A stretch of DNA of 64,000 nt from Squalus acanthias (Eukaryota). The stretch covers positions 95,420,001 to 95,484,000 of the forward strand of contig CM059432.1 of the NCBI GenBank assembly GCA_030390025.1, given 5' to 3'. Positions 1 through 14,186 of this stretch are shown one piece after another. A program made the translations under genes and the position numbers. Each line of letters starts with the position of its first letter. Position 1 is the stretch's first letter. The notes below the pieces were generated by a model. The model was not told where the DNA came from. It made no database searches and saw nothing but the letters and a program-made list of their open reading frames with translations.

Positions 1-86
1 CTTTAAATGTTTGTCTCTGCTTTATTATATAAAATGATTTGCACTTATACAGATACTTCGATCCTAATAGCTGACTGGTTACATGT

Positions 87-1010
87 TCAACAACAACAAC
101 TTTAATGTAGTGAAATGTCCCAAGGCGCTTCACAGGAGTATTAAAAGACAAAAAATTTGACACAGAGGCACATAAGGAGAAATTAGGGCAGGTGACCAAA
201 AGCTTGGTCAAAGAGGTAGGTTTTAAGGAGGAAAGAGAGGTAGCAAGGCAGAGAGGTTTAGGCAGGGAATTCCAGAGCTTAGGGCCTAGGCAACAGAAGG
301 CACGGCCACCAATGGTTGAGTGATTATAATCAGGGATGCTCATGAGGGCAGAATTAGAGGAGCGCTGATATTTTGGGGGGGTGGTGGTGCGGGGGGGTGC
401 TGAAGGAGATTACAGATATATGGAGGGGCGAGGCCATGGAGGGATTTGAAAACAAGGATGAGAATTTTGAAATCAAGGCATTGCTTAACCAGGAGCCAAT
501 GTAGGTCAGCGAGCACAGGGGTGATGGGTGAATGGGACTTGGTGTGAGTTAGGACACGGGCAGCCGAGTTTTGGATCACCTCAAGTTTACATAGGGTAGA
601 ATGTTGGAGGCCAGCCAGGAGTATGTTGGAAGATTCAAGTCAAAAGGTAACAAAGGCATGGATGAGGGTTTCAGCAGCGGATGAGCTGAGGCAAGGGCGG
701 AGACGGGCGACAACAGAGGTGGAAATAGGCGGTCTTAGTTATGCCGCGGATATGTGGTCGGAAGCTCATTTCGGGGTCAAATATAACACCAAGCTTGCGA
801 ACAGTGTGGTTCAGCCTCAGACAGATGTTAGGGAGAGGGATGGAGTCAGTGGCTAGGGAACAGAGTTTGTGGCAGGGACCGAAAACAATGGCTTCGGTCT
901 TCCCAATATTTAATTGGAGAAAATTTCTGCTCATCTAGAACTGTATGTCTAACAAGCAGTCTGACAATTTAGACACCGTGGAGGGGTCGAGAGAAGTGGT
1001 GGTGAGGTAG
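87..1010 (-). mobile_element. L2-clade LINE, 3' fragment (degenerate RT C-terminus and tail)
   Basis: Minus-strand ORF pieces MSRNFLQLNIGKTEAI, RKLGVIFDPEMSF and IQNSAAR...ITPVLADLHWL are typical of the L2 ORF2 C-terminus. (CAA)n tail at ~87-100. Confidence 0.85.
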
Positions 1011-2439
1011 AACTATTCGGTACAGAATGTACAGTTAGAGCTGTTCGGTACAGTTTGTATAAACTATATTACTTGCATAACAGTAAATGTAAAGCAGTAA
1101 GGAAAGTAGTGCTAAAACAATTCAAAAATGTAGGCAAATGAAAAATAACATTCTGAAATCTGTTAGCAAATGTTGCACATAAAACACTTGTTCTATTTGG
1201 TGGTAATCTTTATTTTTTCCCCCCCTCTATCTTTATGAATTAACAGCTGGAGCCATGCAGATCCCAAATCTGAATTTTGGCTGTCAATCAGGTAACTACT
1301 GGAGTTGTGTATGTTTCCCAGCCATCTAAACTTGTCCCAAGAGGCCACTTGAGTGAATTTCCATTGACAGTATCAATAGGCTAGTTAAAAACACCTGCAT
1401 TTATAATTGATTGTACACTGTGTAAATAACAGTCTTCTCTGGAGACGGCATCTCAACATGATTCTCCTTTAACAGCAGCTGCTTCACTTTAAAGATGATA
1501 ATTTTACATCTAATCCCTAATCAACTAATCTTGAATTTATTGACAATTTATAAAGATCTGACGAGGGTTTTAATTCCGCTTTCTCTGGAGATATTTCCTT
1601 GATAATCCAATGATTTGTTAGTCATGAATAATTACTTGTACAAATGTTTACATGAACTCAGATCATCTGTCCAGAGATATAAATGTGTTTGGACTAGAAA
1701 GTCATTAAAAGATGCAACTGTCCAAGCCAAAAGTGCAGTGTGGAATAAACAATTTTACCAACTCTTGCCACAGTAAAAATAACAATATCTGAAAAGTCAA
1801 CAACATTTTCTGTTTATTTGAGGTCCCTTTATTTGGTTAGGTTTTTCTAGATTACTCACAGCGCTATCCTGATGATGAATGTAGCTTTTCAGTATTGCAG
1901 TATTTTATGCTTCTTAGCTCACGTCAGTAATGTTTTGTTGGTGATCCTTGAGGTCATGAAAAGAGCAAACACTATGGTTATGGCATGTTTTGCGGAGCAA
2001 TGTCAACAACAAATGTGTGTCAAAACGTTCCCGGCACTGGAGATATTAAACTATCAGGTTTAGCGAATAAATCTTTTCTACCACATACAGTAATATACTA
2101 TAATTTAAATAGGGTTCTGTTTTCACACACTTGCTTGTGAAATTACGTCCTACAGAATAACCTGAGGCCTTGCTGCAGTTCTTGATACAGACAGCTCCTG
2201 CTAATGGCTGCTAAGGATATCTGAGGCTGAAAGCTTATTAGTTCTACTGCTAAGAATTGCGAATTAATTTTATGATTTTTCTTTTCCTTTCTTCTTTAAG
2301 ATGGCTGCTCAGGAAACAAATATTGTTTTGTAAATTAATAACTAATTCATTACTAAAGAACAACGACCAGGCAGGTGATCCTCTATGAAACAGTATGCAA
2401 GTGTACTAACATGCTGTAATATCGAGTGGCTCTTCTCTG

Positions 2440-2775
2440 CAGTTTCTCACAGCCAATTTGCACACAGCAAGGTCCCTCAAACAGCAATGTGATAATGACC
2501 AGGTAATCTGTTTTAGTGATTTTGGTTGATGTGTAAATATTGGCCAGGACACTGGGGAGAACTCCCCTGCTCTTCTTCAAAATAGTGCCATGGGATCTTT
2601 TACGTCCACCTGAGAGGGCAGACGGGGCCTTAGTTTAATGTTTCATCTGAAAGGTGGTACCTCTGACAGTGCAGCATTCCTTCATGTCAGCTTAGATTTT
2701 GTGCTTGACTGGGACTTGAACCTACAACCTTCTGACTCAGAGGTGAGAGTGCTACCCACTGAGCAACGGCTGATA
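2440..2775 (-). mobile_element. tRNA-derived SINE with Deu-type central domain (DeuSINE / SacSINE1-like)
   Basis: Reverse strand has A-box-like GCTCAGTGGG and B-box GGTTCAAGTCC, then GGTGGACGTAAAAGATCCCATGGCACTATT...GTGTCCTGGCCAATATTTA. Many copies occur in this window. Confidence 0.75.
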
Positions 2776-2975
2776 CCATCATAATCTCTGTGGGCACAAA
2801 TCTGCTGTGCACACCTGATGGCAATGATCGACACGCTGCCGACTTTACTGGGATGTGATTTGAGCAGGAGGTTTGTGCCGTAAATGCGTCGAGTACATAC
2901 AAGTAACATTGACAGAAAACTAATGAAACTATTGAAAAGGAAGGAACAGCCAAATTAATAGCCTTGTTTCAAAAG

Positions 2976-3078
2976 GAAAATACTGCGGATGCTGGAAATC
3001 TGAAATCAAACTCTGTTTCTTTCTTCACAGATGCTGGTTGACCTGCTGAGTATTTCCAGCATTTTCTGTTTTTATTTA
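2976..3078. mobile_element. Penelope-like element terminal fragments in inverted arrangement
   Basis: GCGGATGCTGGAAATCTGAAAT is followed by an opposite-orientation piece (CAGATGCTG...TATTTCCAGCATTTTCTG) of the same unit seen at 15551-15697. Confidence 0.55.
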
Positions 3079-3114
3079 TAATAGCCTTGTTTATTTGATT
3101 TAGTTTCTTCTGTT

Positions 3115-3610
3115 TTTTTAAATTTGTTCATGGCATGTGGGCATCGTTGGCAAGGCCAGCATTTATTGCCCATCCCTAATTGCCCTTGAGAAGGTGGTGG
3201 TGAGCCGCCTTCTTGAACCGCTGCAGTCAGTGTGGTGAAGGTACTCCCACAGTGCTGTTAGGTAGGGAGTTCCAGGATTTTGACCCAGCAACGATGAAGG
3301 ATCGGCGATATACATCTAAATCAGGATGGTGTGTTACTTGGACGGGAACTTGGAGGTGGTTCCCATGCGCCTGCTGCCCTTGTCCTTCTAGGTGGAAGAG
3401 GTCGCGAGTTTGGGAGGTGCTGCCAAAGAAGCCTTGGCGAGTTGCTGCAGTGCATCTTGTAGATGGTACACACTGCAGCCACGGTACGCCGGTGGTGGAG
3501 GGAGTGATGTTTAAGGTGGTGAATGGGGTGCCAATCAAACGGGCTGCTTTGTCCTGAATGGTGTCGAGCTTCTTGAATGTTGTTGGAGCTGCACTCATCC
3601 AGGCAAGTGG
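3115..3610 (-). mobile_element. CR1-group LINE ('family B'), 3' fragment
   Basis: LAWMSAAPTTFKKLDTIQDKAARLI and RRSFIVAGSKSWNSLP. Homologous to 7538-8686 and 57727-59090. Confidence 0.8.
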
Positions 3611-4803
3611 TTCTGTTTGCAATATGTATAGGGATTATAATATTTACATTCATCATTATGCGATCTATAGGCACTATATGTCTGGGGTGTCAAATGTATA
3701 TTTTATATATGTTTAAGACAAATCTTCCTGTCCATGCAGGACCACTTAGCATGAGTGCCTTTAATAGTCTGGTAAGCTAGCCCCTCAAAACAGACTCATC
3801 ATTGGCTTTCATTGACTTTGTTCAGTCAGTGCTACATTAACAGGGCTCTGACAATCCTCTTTCGATAACACAGTGAACTGTCTGGCCATTTAGTATCACA
3901 TCCATTGACATTTTGATGGTAACAAGTTTCAGATGCTGTGACTGGAAGTGGGGAGGAGCAATTTAGTTCATCTCAGCAAAGCGGCTTCAGAGCTGAAAGA
4001 GCCCCCTGAAGTCTCCTGCTCTGCAGGCATGCTGCTCGAGTCAGGAGGGTGAAGGGAAGATAGCTAGTTGTAAATCAGAAGTTAGGGAGCAGCAACTGTT
4101 AGCTATACGATGATAGGATGGGAGCTGGCCTCGACCTAGACACTTTCAACCCCTGAGAGAGCTCTACTGCAGGATCTCAATCATCTTCTCTGTTCCTTAC
4201 AAACTCACTGATAAGGCTATCTGTAGTTTTATGTCTTAATGTGCTGTCTTGACTTAAGTGGTTAATTATCATCTTTGAATAACATTGAGAAATGAAGCTG
4301 CTTTCACCTCTGGTTTTGACCTCAGCCTTGCTCGCTTTTTTAAAAAAAAACTCCAGAGCTTGCTGTGGCTAATATTCAGCATGGTCTTTGGGAAGTCATT
4401 TTTAAGTAAGTCAGAAAACTCTGGAAAAAGTGCCACAGATTTCTACACACTGCCAAATGGCACTGTGGAAATCCTCCAAGATTTAAAGCTACAAAAAAAG
4501 TTTGAAAACAGATCAAGAACAGATCACAAAAAAGAACAGATAGTTTGTTTTCCCGACAATTATGAAAAGTCTCTGTGATTAAGTGCACTTGGGGAATCAT
4601 GTCAGTTTAGTAAGCTTGGCTGACTGTTCTGATCCTAGGCCAGGTTGAACATAAAGCTAGATGTCTGAATCAGTCCTATTCCACACCCCCCAAAAGTCAA
4701 AAGCAGTTGTTAAATGTTTATGTATATTAAATGAACATGTACACTTTAATTAAACTGCAGAAAACAGTAAGATGACCAGGTGAGGGGAGAGCACTCACTA
4801 GCT

Positions 4804-4890
4804 TTCAAGAAGGCGGCTCACCACCACCTTCTCAAGGGCAACTAGGGATGGGGAATAAATGCTGGCCTTGCTAGTGACCCCCAAGCATTA
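4804..4890 (+). mobile_element. 3' tip of LINE family B
   Basis: TTCAAGAAGGCGGCTCACCACCACCTTCTCAAGGGCAA...AATAAATGCTGGCC matches the 3' end of the other family B copies. Confidence 0.65.
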
Positions 4891-5538
4891 ATAATAGAAA
4901 AAAAGCTTTCCAATAAAAAACAGAATTCTTTCTACACATGATCAGTTTATCCACTGCCTGTGGTTCATGCAGGACTAGCAGTGATTCCAGTTGAACCATT
5001 TGTTTCAGGTTACAGTTCAGCAAATTTCACTAAATTAGATGCCAGGAGATTTGCTTATTTGTATTTAGTGTTGAGCAAACGAGCTGATTTTATTTGCTTA
5101 TTTGCTTCATTTCCTTTTCCGTCGTCATTTTGTTTCTTGAGTTATCACTCTGTATAACCCCTTCGGCACTCCATAGCCATTCTTATAATTTATTTAACAC
5201 TGTAGAGATTTTTTCAATTTTAATTATTCCTTTTAGAAGATTTTGTATTGAACTATCAATGCCATCTGGACATTATCTATTGAGGCCCATCTTTGTTGCT
5301 TATGTCCTGATCGACTGTACCTTTGCATTTGTCCATTGCCAAGTTCCAGTTTCAAAATCTGCAATCTGTATCAAAAGCTATGGATCTTTCACAGTGATTC
5401 CTACAACACTGTGTTTTGCCATCCTTCATTGACTTTTCAAAGGGTAAGACCTGATCCAAGCTCAGAACCGCATTTGACACAATCGACGCATTCCTGGGAG
5501 GTTATCCTAGCTTACATAGATTGGGTACGGAGAGACCT

Positions 5539-7306
5539 TGGCCGGAATTTTCTGGGGGGTTAGTGGGCGGGATCAGTGGCGGGTCGGGTGGGAAATTTGA
5601 TTTTTTTTTTGACAGCTGGTCGGGACCCTGCGGCAACTTGCTGCAATGCACCTTTCCCAATGTCGGGTCTGTCAGTGCTGAGCAGACACGACAGGCAGTG
5701 GTGGGCAACCCTATTAAACTAATTAGCATCTAGTTGACAGATTATTAACAGGTTTTTTAACTTACCTTTTCACTTTAACTTCATGGCCACAGGAATGACG
5801 CTATTCGGGTAACATGGCTGTCAATCTGAGGCAGGAGTTCAGTGGCCATTGCTCCAGCTGATTACTTGACAGATTCAAATGTACAGTAAAAGCTTCCACC
5901 TGACAGATCATCACTTTCCTCAGCCACAAGCTGTTTCTCAGTCCATTTCCAGCACAGATTTTGCAGGCTTTCCACTTTCCACTCTCCATCCAGTATCACC
6001 TCTTTGGAAGAACTCTCTCATCATTGACAGAATGCTTCTGCTATCTCTACTTCACCTGCCATCTATTTCATCAACATGGGTGCCCTTTATACTGTCTCAC
6101 CTTGGTCCTCAGAATCCGACCACAATCAGCCCCAACACCAGCAGCACCAGGCACACCAACAACAACACCAACCTTCTCCGCAATCAACTGACGCTGCACA
6201 GGAGAGAGGGCATCAGCACCCGAGTACATTGCAGCCCGGGAGGCCAGGGATGGCCTCACTATGGCCAGATTTACTTCACTTGATGCTGTACACCCTAGCT
6301 GCCACATGATGCGCCAGGTTGGCACCACCCCACACCAACACCATAAAGCATCCCTACAATGCCCAAGCCATTTGTTTCACACTCATCACCATTGCAGGGG
6401 GGTACCGACCGTTATGTCTCACTATTCACTGCAACTCACTAAGCCACTTCCAAAGGTGCACACAAATCTGTCCAAGAATGCAAAGTGTTAAAAATAAAGA
6501 TTTCAATGTTTGACAGCACATTAACAGAAACTTTACATGAACATTGGATAAAATACCCAAGTGGCTACCCTTGTGTGTTGTTAGTTGGAATGATTGCATT
6601 AGGATGAGGGTGAGTGTGAGGGGTGGCTAGTGAGATGGAATGTGATAATGTAGATAGAGAGGGATGGGTGGAGGTGCAAGGTAAGTTGGTGTAAGGATGT
6701 GCAGGGGTAAGGTAGGGAAGGCAGAGTGATGGGGCTGTGATGAGAGGCACTGCTGGATGAAGGCGAGTGTGGCATTGCAGTAACGTTTCGTGATCTACTG
6801 AGATCATTGAAAGGTTTGCGGCACTGCACCCAGGCCATTCTGGTGACATCCCTGCTTGTGCCCTCCTGTGCAATGTGCAACCAGGCTGTGTTGGTCTCCT
6901 GGGAAGGTGACTTCCGTCCATCGGAAGGGAAGAGGACCTCCCTGCATGCTGTGACTCCCTCCATCAGCAAATGGAGGGAGTTATGGGAGAACCTGGGTGC
7001 AGCCCTCTGCCTGTGTGCAGTCATTGTCAGTGTTTGCAGCACTTCATTGCTATAGAACACCGACAACAAAAATGTCAAAATAAATTTGGACATGGTCCCT
7101 TTAAGGAAACTGGCTGATGACGTGTCATGAAATGACATCACCAGACTCGCTTCCTCTAATTGGCTCAGGAAACATGCTGGGAGGGCTTAACAAGCCCCAT
7201 CAAAGTAAAGTCATTTCACAGAGCAGGATGGAGCCAGCAGCGGGGCCGGGACCCGCCACCGACATCACCCGCCACGGACCTGCCAAGGTAAGTAAAATCG
7301 CGGCCC
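5539..7306. mobile_element. Internally deleted PIF/Harbinger transposon
   Basis: Imperfect TIRs (TGGCCGGAATTTT ... AAAATCGCGGCCC). Plus-strand MGAL-starting transposase-like N-terminus at 6076 faces a convergent minus-strand Myb/SANT exon. Confidence 0.7.
6783..7024 (-). pseudogene. Harbinger Myb/SANT-like DNA-binding protein, exon-1 remnant
   Basis: RAAPRFS...LLMEGV...REVLFP...AWLHIAQE...WVQCRKPFNDL parallels the Myb/SANT exons at 44031-44267 and 30784-31030. Confidence 0.75.
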
Positions 7307-7537
7307 ATGTTTCTAACTAGCTGAACCACTAGCTGAACCAATCAGAACGGAAAGCACTAGAGGCATGCACACATCAACTTAACATGTACAACCTTTTTCA
7401 GATTTCAGCTCATTGTGCGTCTCTGGCAACTTAACAAGTGGTTCAACAGCATTATTGCAGGTGTATTCTGGTTGGGTCACCTATTAAAAAACACATTCCT
7501 GAGACTGCATTCAAAATCAGTACCAAAAAGCATTCAT

Positions 7538-8686
7538 TTTTTTTGATTCGTTCATGGGATATGGGCGTCGCTGGCAAGGCCAGCATTTATTGCCCATCCC
7601 TAGTTGCCCGTGAGAAGGTGGTGGTGAGCCGTCTTCTTGAACCGCTGCAGTCCGTGTGGTGAAGTTACTCCTATAGTGCTGTTGGGGAGAAAGTTCCAGG
7701 ATTTTGACCCAGTGACGATGGAGGAACGGTGATATACTTCAAGTCAGGATGGTATGTGACTTGGAGGTGAAATTGGAGATGGTGGTGTTCCCATGCGCCG
7801 GCTGCCCTTGTCCTTCTAGGTGGTAGAGGTCGCGGGTTTGGGAGGTGCTGTCGAAGAAGCCTTGACTAATTGCTGCAGTGCATCTTGTAGATGGTACACA
7901 CTGCAGCCACGGTATGCCGGTGGTGGAGGGAGTGAATGTTTAAGTTGGTAGATGGAGTGCCAATCAAGCAGGCTGCTTTGTCCTGGATGGTGTCGAGCTT
8001 CTTGAGTGTTGTTGGAGCTGCACTCATCCAGGCAAGTAGAGAGTATTCCATCACACTCCTGACTTGTGCCTTGTAGATGATGGAAAGGCTTTGGGAAGTC
8101 AGGAGGTGAGACACTCACTGCAGAATACCCAGCCTCTGACCTGCTCTTGTTACCACAGTATTTATGTGGCTGGTCCAGTTATGTTTCTGGTCAATGGTGA
8201 CCCTCAGGATATTGATGGTGGGGGATTTGGTGATGGAAGGGGCGGTGGTTAGACGCTCGCTTGTTGGAGATAGTCATATGCCTGGCACTTGTGTGGCGTA
8301 AATGTTACCTGCCACTTATCAGACCAAGCCTGAATGTCGTCCAGGTCTTGCTGCATGCGGGCATGGGCTACTTCATTATCTGAGGAGTTGTGAATGGCAC
8401 TGAACACTCTGCAGTCACCAGTGAACATCCCCACTTCTGACCTTATGATGGAGGGAAGGTCATTGATGAAGCAGCTGAAGATGGTTGGGCCTAGGACACT
8501 GCCCTGAGGAACTCCTGCAGCAATGTCCTGGGGCTGTGATGATTGACCTCCAACCACCAAAACCATCTCCCTTTGTGCTAGGTATGACTCCAGCCAGTGG
8601 AGAGTTTTTCCCCCCGATTCCCATTGACTTCAGTTTTACTCGGGCTCCTTGATGCCACACTTGGTCAAATGCTGCCTTGATGTCAA
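7538..8686 (-). mobile_element. CR1-group LINE family B, RT 3' part
   Basis: DIKAAFDQVWH, GVPQGSVLGPTIFSCFINDLP and IYKAQVRSVMEY, with frameshifts. Confidence 0.85.
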
Positions 8687-9544
8687 AAAAAGCATTCATG
8701 TAATAATTTTTATGTGAAAAGAAGAATTTCAACCCCTATATTACTTTAAAATTAACTTATTAAACCTGTAAACAATCCTCAAAGAACTCACTGCATAACT
8801 AATGGAGATACTGAGTACCGATCAAGGGTTAATGGCTCAGTGAAGTCAGTGTAAACAGATGCAGTAATTCACTGTAAGTCAGTGAAATATTAGACAACCA
8901 ATTGGAGAAATTGGAAAACTGAAAACAATGTGAAGCAGATGAAGAATGGATTATCTGGGTTGTTGAAAAAATTATTTGTATCTGTGACATGCTCTTACTA
9001 ACATCATTTGTGTTTTTTCAATTAATTTGTTTTGTTTTTCTCGTTATTACTTGTGTTTGAAAATCAATAATTTCAAAAAAATTCAGCTTGTTACATTGCA
9101 TGGAGGCCCCATTACTTTCCCCTCGGGCAGTGGACTCTAGGTAATAGGCAACAATGATAAATGCAGATTACTGCTTGGAAATTATTGTTGCTGATATTAG
9201 AGGCAGCATGCTTAATGTGTCTGTGTTTACTATTTTTACCCAGGTGTAAACCCATTTATTTTAAATGGATCAATGCATGTGGAGTATTAGAAATTAAAGA
9301 AATGCCATAGGACTGAAGTCAGTTATCCAAAGTAGATATAAACAGAAAATGCTAGAAATACTCAGCAGGCCAGGCAGCATCCAAAGTACATATCAGCTCT
9401 CTACTGTCTATATCATTGACTTCAGGCTTGATAGTATTACTTGGATGTAATTGTGCAGTGATAACTATACTACTGATTCAATCTAAGTTGTGAGGAAAGT
9501 TGAGATTATTTTCTTTGAGAAGAAAGAGACTTCAAGTTCATCTG

Positions 9545-9875
9545 AAGTTTTTTGTAATTGAAGTTTTCAAGATTATGAAGTTAGTCCAGGCAAATTTTTT
9601 GGTGTGGTGTGGGGTTCAAACAACAGGTAACACAAGCTCGAATTAGGAAATTAGGAGTAAGAAAAGAAGTCTTGTGGAAATGTGTCACACCGAGGGTAAT
9701 CGAGTACGAAGCCATTGAAATGGACAATATAATTAGGATCAAGAAACAATCATGTGTTTCTGGAGAAGGGATTGAAGGATATGGTGACAAATTAAATAGA
9801 TAGGATAGATCTCCCAAAAGGGATAAACTTGGTGAGCACAGCAGCTTTTTCCTGTTCCTACATTCTTTTGCTCTT
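9545..9875 (+). mobile_element. Highly degenerate CR1 3' end
   Basis: Remnants of FKIM...FT.RV...GIEGYG and a CR1-like 3' tail. Confidence 0.4.
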
Positions 9876-12789
9876 GTGCACTGTCTAATAAATATTTTAT
9901 CATTTGCACTTAATTCTTCAAATTCTACCTTTTTCTAATTATAGATGCTCACTCTCACGCAATACTCTTTTTCAACATTTTGAGTGTCATTCTTATTCTA
10001 TTAGTTTATTACTCATTCTGATTGTATCCCCAGTGCATGATTATATACAGTGACTATGATGGAGAGAAAAAGAAAGGAAAGAACATTAATTACAGGTACA
10101 TCATGCAATTGACTTGATGTCTAATCAATTGCGTTAGACCATGGCTAATATAACAGCAAATTTATTTTTGAGGTTCATTATGATTTAATTTTGCCCCTTT
10201 TTCAGGTCTTGTCAAGCCACGCACCACCTGCAACTGAGAGAGTAAACAACCCCTACCAGACCTCCACCTACACTATTCTTCAGCTGACTGGCAGGAAGTA
10301 TACATGATGACCTGGTGATAATTTTCCTTCTTTCCCAGTGGTGCGCGGTTTCTGCTTGGTGTCTCAGCACAGTGATGCAGGCGAGACTTGGGGCCTCAGC
10401 AGAATTGAACTTGTGGCTCTCCATTCTGTGGTTTAGTCCGTTGATGTTCCAACACACTGCACTACCACACCAGGAAACTGGTGACATATTACTATTACTA
10501 TGCCATAAAATCAATGGTCATAAGAGTGGGAGCAGCCTGTGTGACTGAGGTTTTAAAATCGATTAACGTCAACACAATTTGATGCACACCAAAATGCTTT
10601 TTATCCTGTTGGCTCCTGTTCCCCAGTAGTGGAGTAATAAACCCTATCACTAACAATGAAAATAGAGTAACTGCTATCTGACAACACAAACTTGTAGCAC
10701 AAATTGTGGAACTTTTTTTTCCTGTTTAATTTGTCTGGGCAGGTTTCAAATTTAGCTGTTTAAAGCGAACAGTTGAAATGCTATTTGTCAGTAACACATA
10801 TGAATGCAATGTAAAAAAAAAAAGCCTTCTGAGTTGTAAAAAAATATTGATAATGATTTTTTAAAATGCAAAGTCGATACATATGCCTGTTTATTAATTC
10901 ACATTTAATTTAAAAAGCTACAGTAGTTTGAGTTTATTTTTTGTTTCTTAAAAGCAGAGATAATGGGAAGGTGAGTCGCCCTGGAGTGATCTCACACACT
11001 CCTCCTGCAGCCAGTTACAGACCAGTACTGACACACATCATCCTCTTAACTGGGGAACATTTGGGGCATGGGCAGGGAACCTAATGTGGAAGAAAAGATT
11101 AACTATTAAAAATCTCAGAACAATTACATTTTGTTAAAAAAATATTCATTCCTTTTGCTCTTACTAGTCAATTCCATTGATTTGCTTTCTAAATTTAATT
11201 ACGTATGTGTTGTTTACTTGCCATCGTCACATGTTGTAGCGCTATTGCACTTTGTGAGGCGGGGAGGGTGTCATTGCTTGCAATGCTTCTATTCAGTTCT
11301 TGGTTGTCAGCAACAAATTAACTTAATTGGTAAAAGCTAATATTAAAATTGAAACTGCTCACCCGTGCACAGCCTTCTTTAGCTGGTTTATTGGAAGACA
11401 CAAATCCCATGACTGCTATCAATTCTGCTCCATGATAAACAGAAATGAGGGATGCTAGCAGTGACTTTGCCTGTTTTTCCATCATCCTCCCCCCTCCAAC
11501 AAACATGGAGCAGCCCACTATAGGGAGCCCATTCGTACAATAGCCAAGCGTCAAACTAGTCGAGCATGGTTGTGACAGCATCAGGGGAGTTCAAGAAAAC
11601 AGGCAACCCAGGAACTTAAAATTCAGTCATGCAGTGTGAGTCATGCACTTTATAGCCTGTAGTACCTGGCCATCTCCACAATCTTTTATTTATTAAACCC
11701 TCACTTACCACCATTCAATCAACAGTAGTGTCAGTTTTAAAGTTTGCTAAGGACTAGCAATATGTAGTTTATCATTTTAATGACAATGTGAACTGTATAA
11801 AAAAAATCCAGACAGCTGGAGAGGGAAGACTATTCAGCTGGGAATGTGTGGTGCACGGACAGCCAAGCAATGGGAAGGATAGGGTAAAGTTGTTCCCTAT
11901 GTATTTTGACAGGCACTGACATTGCTTTTATACTGGAATGGAAAGCGGCATAGAATAAGTTAGAGAACGGTAGGCTGCAAAGTATCGAGAGATGAAGCTC
12001 TGTGACCCAAGGCTGGCTGTTACTAGTTCAAGAATTAAGAGGTAAACCACTTCCTGGTTCCGTTGGTATGTTTCCTCTGTAGACACACTAATGGGTATTT
12101 CTTCCTTTGCTGGACAAGGCTTGTATTTTGTGTGAAAACAATAGCATTTATAATCACAAAAACAAAAAGAAAAATGCTTTTTTAGGTCTACCAAGAGATG
12201 AATGTGTAAATTTCTCCAAACTACTGTAGGTCAGCAGGATTATATTAGAAATCTAAAATGAAAACACTGGAAAAGTACCAACACACTGCAGGAACTACTA
12301 GAATGCTGGTATGACTTGAGTAATACATTCATTTTATATGTATCTCAGAACATCCAAGCAGACGCAAGCCTGCACTACCATATAATCCATGAGCTGAAAG
12401 CAAATCCCAAACCAATTCCTCACATAATATTTCCAGCATAGATGAAACAATATTTTATTTATATGGAGCTTAATGTAAACCTTTCAAATCTACTTCTATA
12501 ATTTTTCATTTTTGCACACAATTCTTTTTCTGATTATTGACTTTCTCAAATGTCTCTAACCCTTTTTCTTTTTAATATCCTTGACGATGAATATTTTATT
12601 TTCAGAATTTATATAATCAATATCTCTGTCAACATCTGCCCAATGTTATGTTGCTGGTGTCCTCCAAGATACTTGGAATAGATTTTGAGTTGGCATGAGA
12701 GCTTCTAATGCCAGTCTAATTTTGACTCTCACCTACAATGCACAAAATAGGCAGCCCAATAAGTCATTTTAAAACTGTCTCTCCTGATG

Positions 12790-13100
12790 TCTCAGTGTGA
12801 TTATTTAGTGAGTATTTGGGCCGTATGAACAGCTTCGATCCCAATCTCTCCTGGATTAGCTGGGGTGGCAGTTGATGGACAACAGGTAACCTGAGAGTTT
12901 CTTGGTTAGGGCGGGAAATAACATCTAGAATTTCCACTCCGAATCGCTATCCAACAAGATCTGCTGGAAGTGTACATGTGTGGATATTGGGTAAGGACAG
13001 GATTGGGATCTTGTGATGCCTCCGTGATGGAATAGTTTAGCAACATTCACTGTCAAAGCTCACACATGAAGAAGTCACTTGGGTGAGGTATTGAGGGTGA
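12790..13100 (+). mobile_element. Second SINE-like family (old; family not firmly identified)
   Basis: Shares TCGCTATCCA, CTGGAAGTGT...GGACAGGAT...TGTGATGCC and GCTCACACATGAAGAA blocks with 22150-22490 and 23720-24010. Confidence 0.5.
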
Positions 13101-13284
13101 CTTGTGACTGTGAAACTGTAACCCAGCATGAAGTCAAGCGTTTCAGAAGGGAAAGGAAGAGAGAAGAACAATTTAGTGGAGAAAATTGGTAAGAAAAAAG
13201 AAAACAAAATGTGGCCCATGGTAGATGGAGGAATGCTTCCTTTTTGTTTCTACACCTCCAATGTAGTCTGCCAGGTAAAAGCAA

Positions 13285-13745
13285 AGCAAGAACTTGCATT
13301 TATATAGCATCTGTCTCATCATCAGGGCATCCCAAAGCGCTTCACAATCAATGAATGACTTTTAAAGTGCAGTTGCTATTGCTGCAAAAGCAAACACAGG
13401 AACTAATCTGCACAAAGTCCCACAAACAGCACATGAGTTGAATAACAAGTTAATTTTAGTTTTATTTGGGGGTGTTGGTTGAGACAGAAATGTTGGCCAG
13501 GACACCAGGAGAAGTCCCTGCTTTTCTTCAAATGTCATGCAATCTTTTATATCCAAATGAACCATTGGAACAGGCAGATGTGGCCTCAGTTTAACATCTC
13601 ATTCGAAAAGTGGCAACTCTGGCAATGTCAGTAGTGCAATACAGTGACAGCACAGATTATGTATTCAGATCCTGGAGTGGGGTTTTAAATCATATCCTTC
13701 TGATTTAGAGGTGAGTATATTACCAACTGAGCCAAGCTGACACTA
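13285..13745 (-). mobile_element. DeuSINE-like SINE
   Basis: Homologous to 2440-2775, including the L2-like tail ACTTGCATTTATATAGC. Confidence 0.7.
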
Positions 13746-14186
13746 CGAAGTAAAATGTATAATAAAAATATCTTTAAACTGCAGACACTATACTGGAAAT
13801 TTGTAAACAGCAAAATCCATATACAGTGACCATGTTCACATTGAAATATTTACTCCACTATCCAACCTTAACTTCTCTGAAAATGACTACAAACACCCTA
13901 TCTAACTTTTTCACGAATTTCCACTCCAGCCCGCCATTCTTGATGTCATTCCTGCTGGCTTCATGTGGGAGTCAGTGTCGGGACATGGAAACGAGGCCGA
14001 AGATTTAAAATCTCTTGGGGCTCACTGTCTAGGGGATGGGGAGGATTGCCACCTGCTTTGCCCCCCACCCCCCCAACCCCCGCACAAGTTAAAATCGGGC
14101 TTTAGTGTAAATAACACTCATTTCAGCTAGGTATCCAAAATTTATAGGGACTGGGGAGTTTGTTTAAAGGGCACAGTAATAAGTAA

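Noticed and set aside
2700..2775. tRNA-like A/B boxes as genuine tRNA genes
   Set aside because: They are SINE heads attached to SINE bodies, and no complete cloverleaf is evident.
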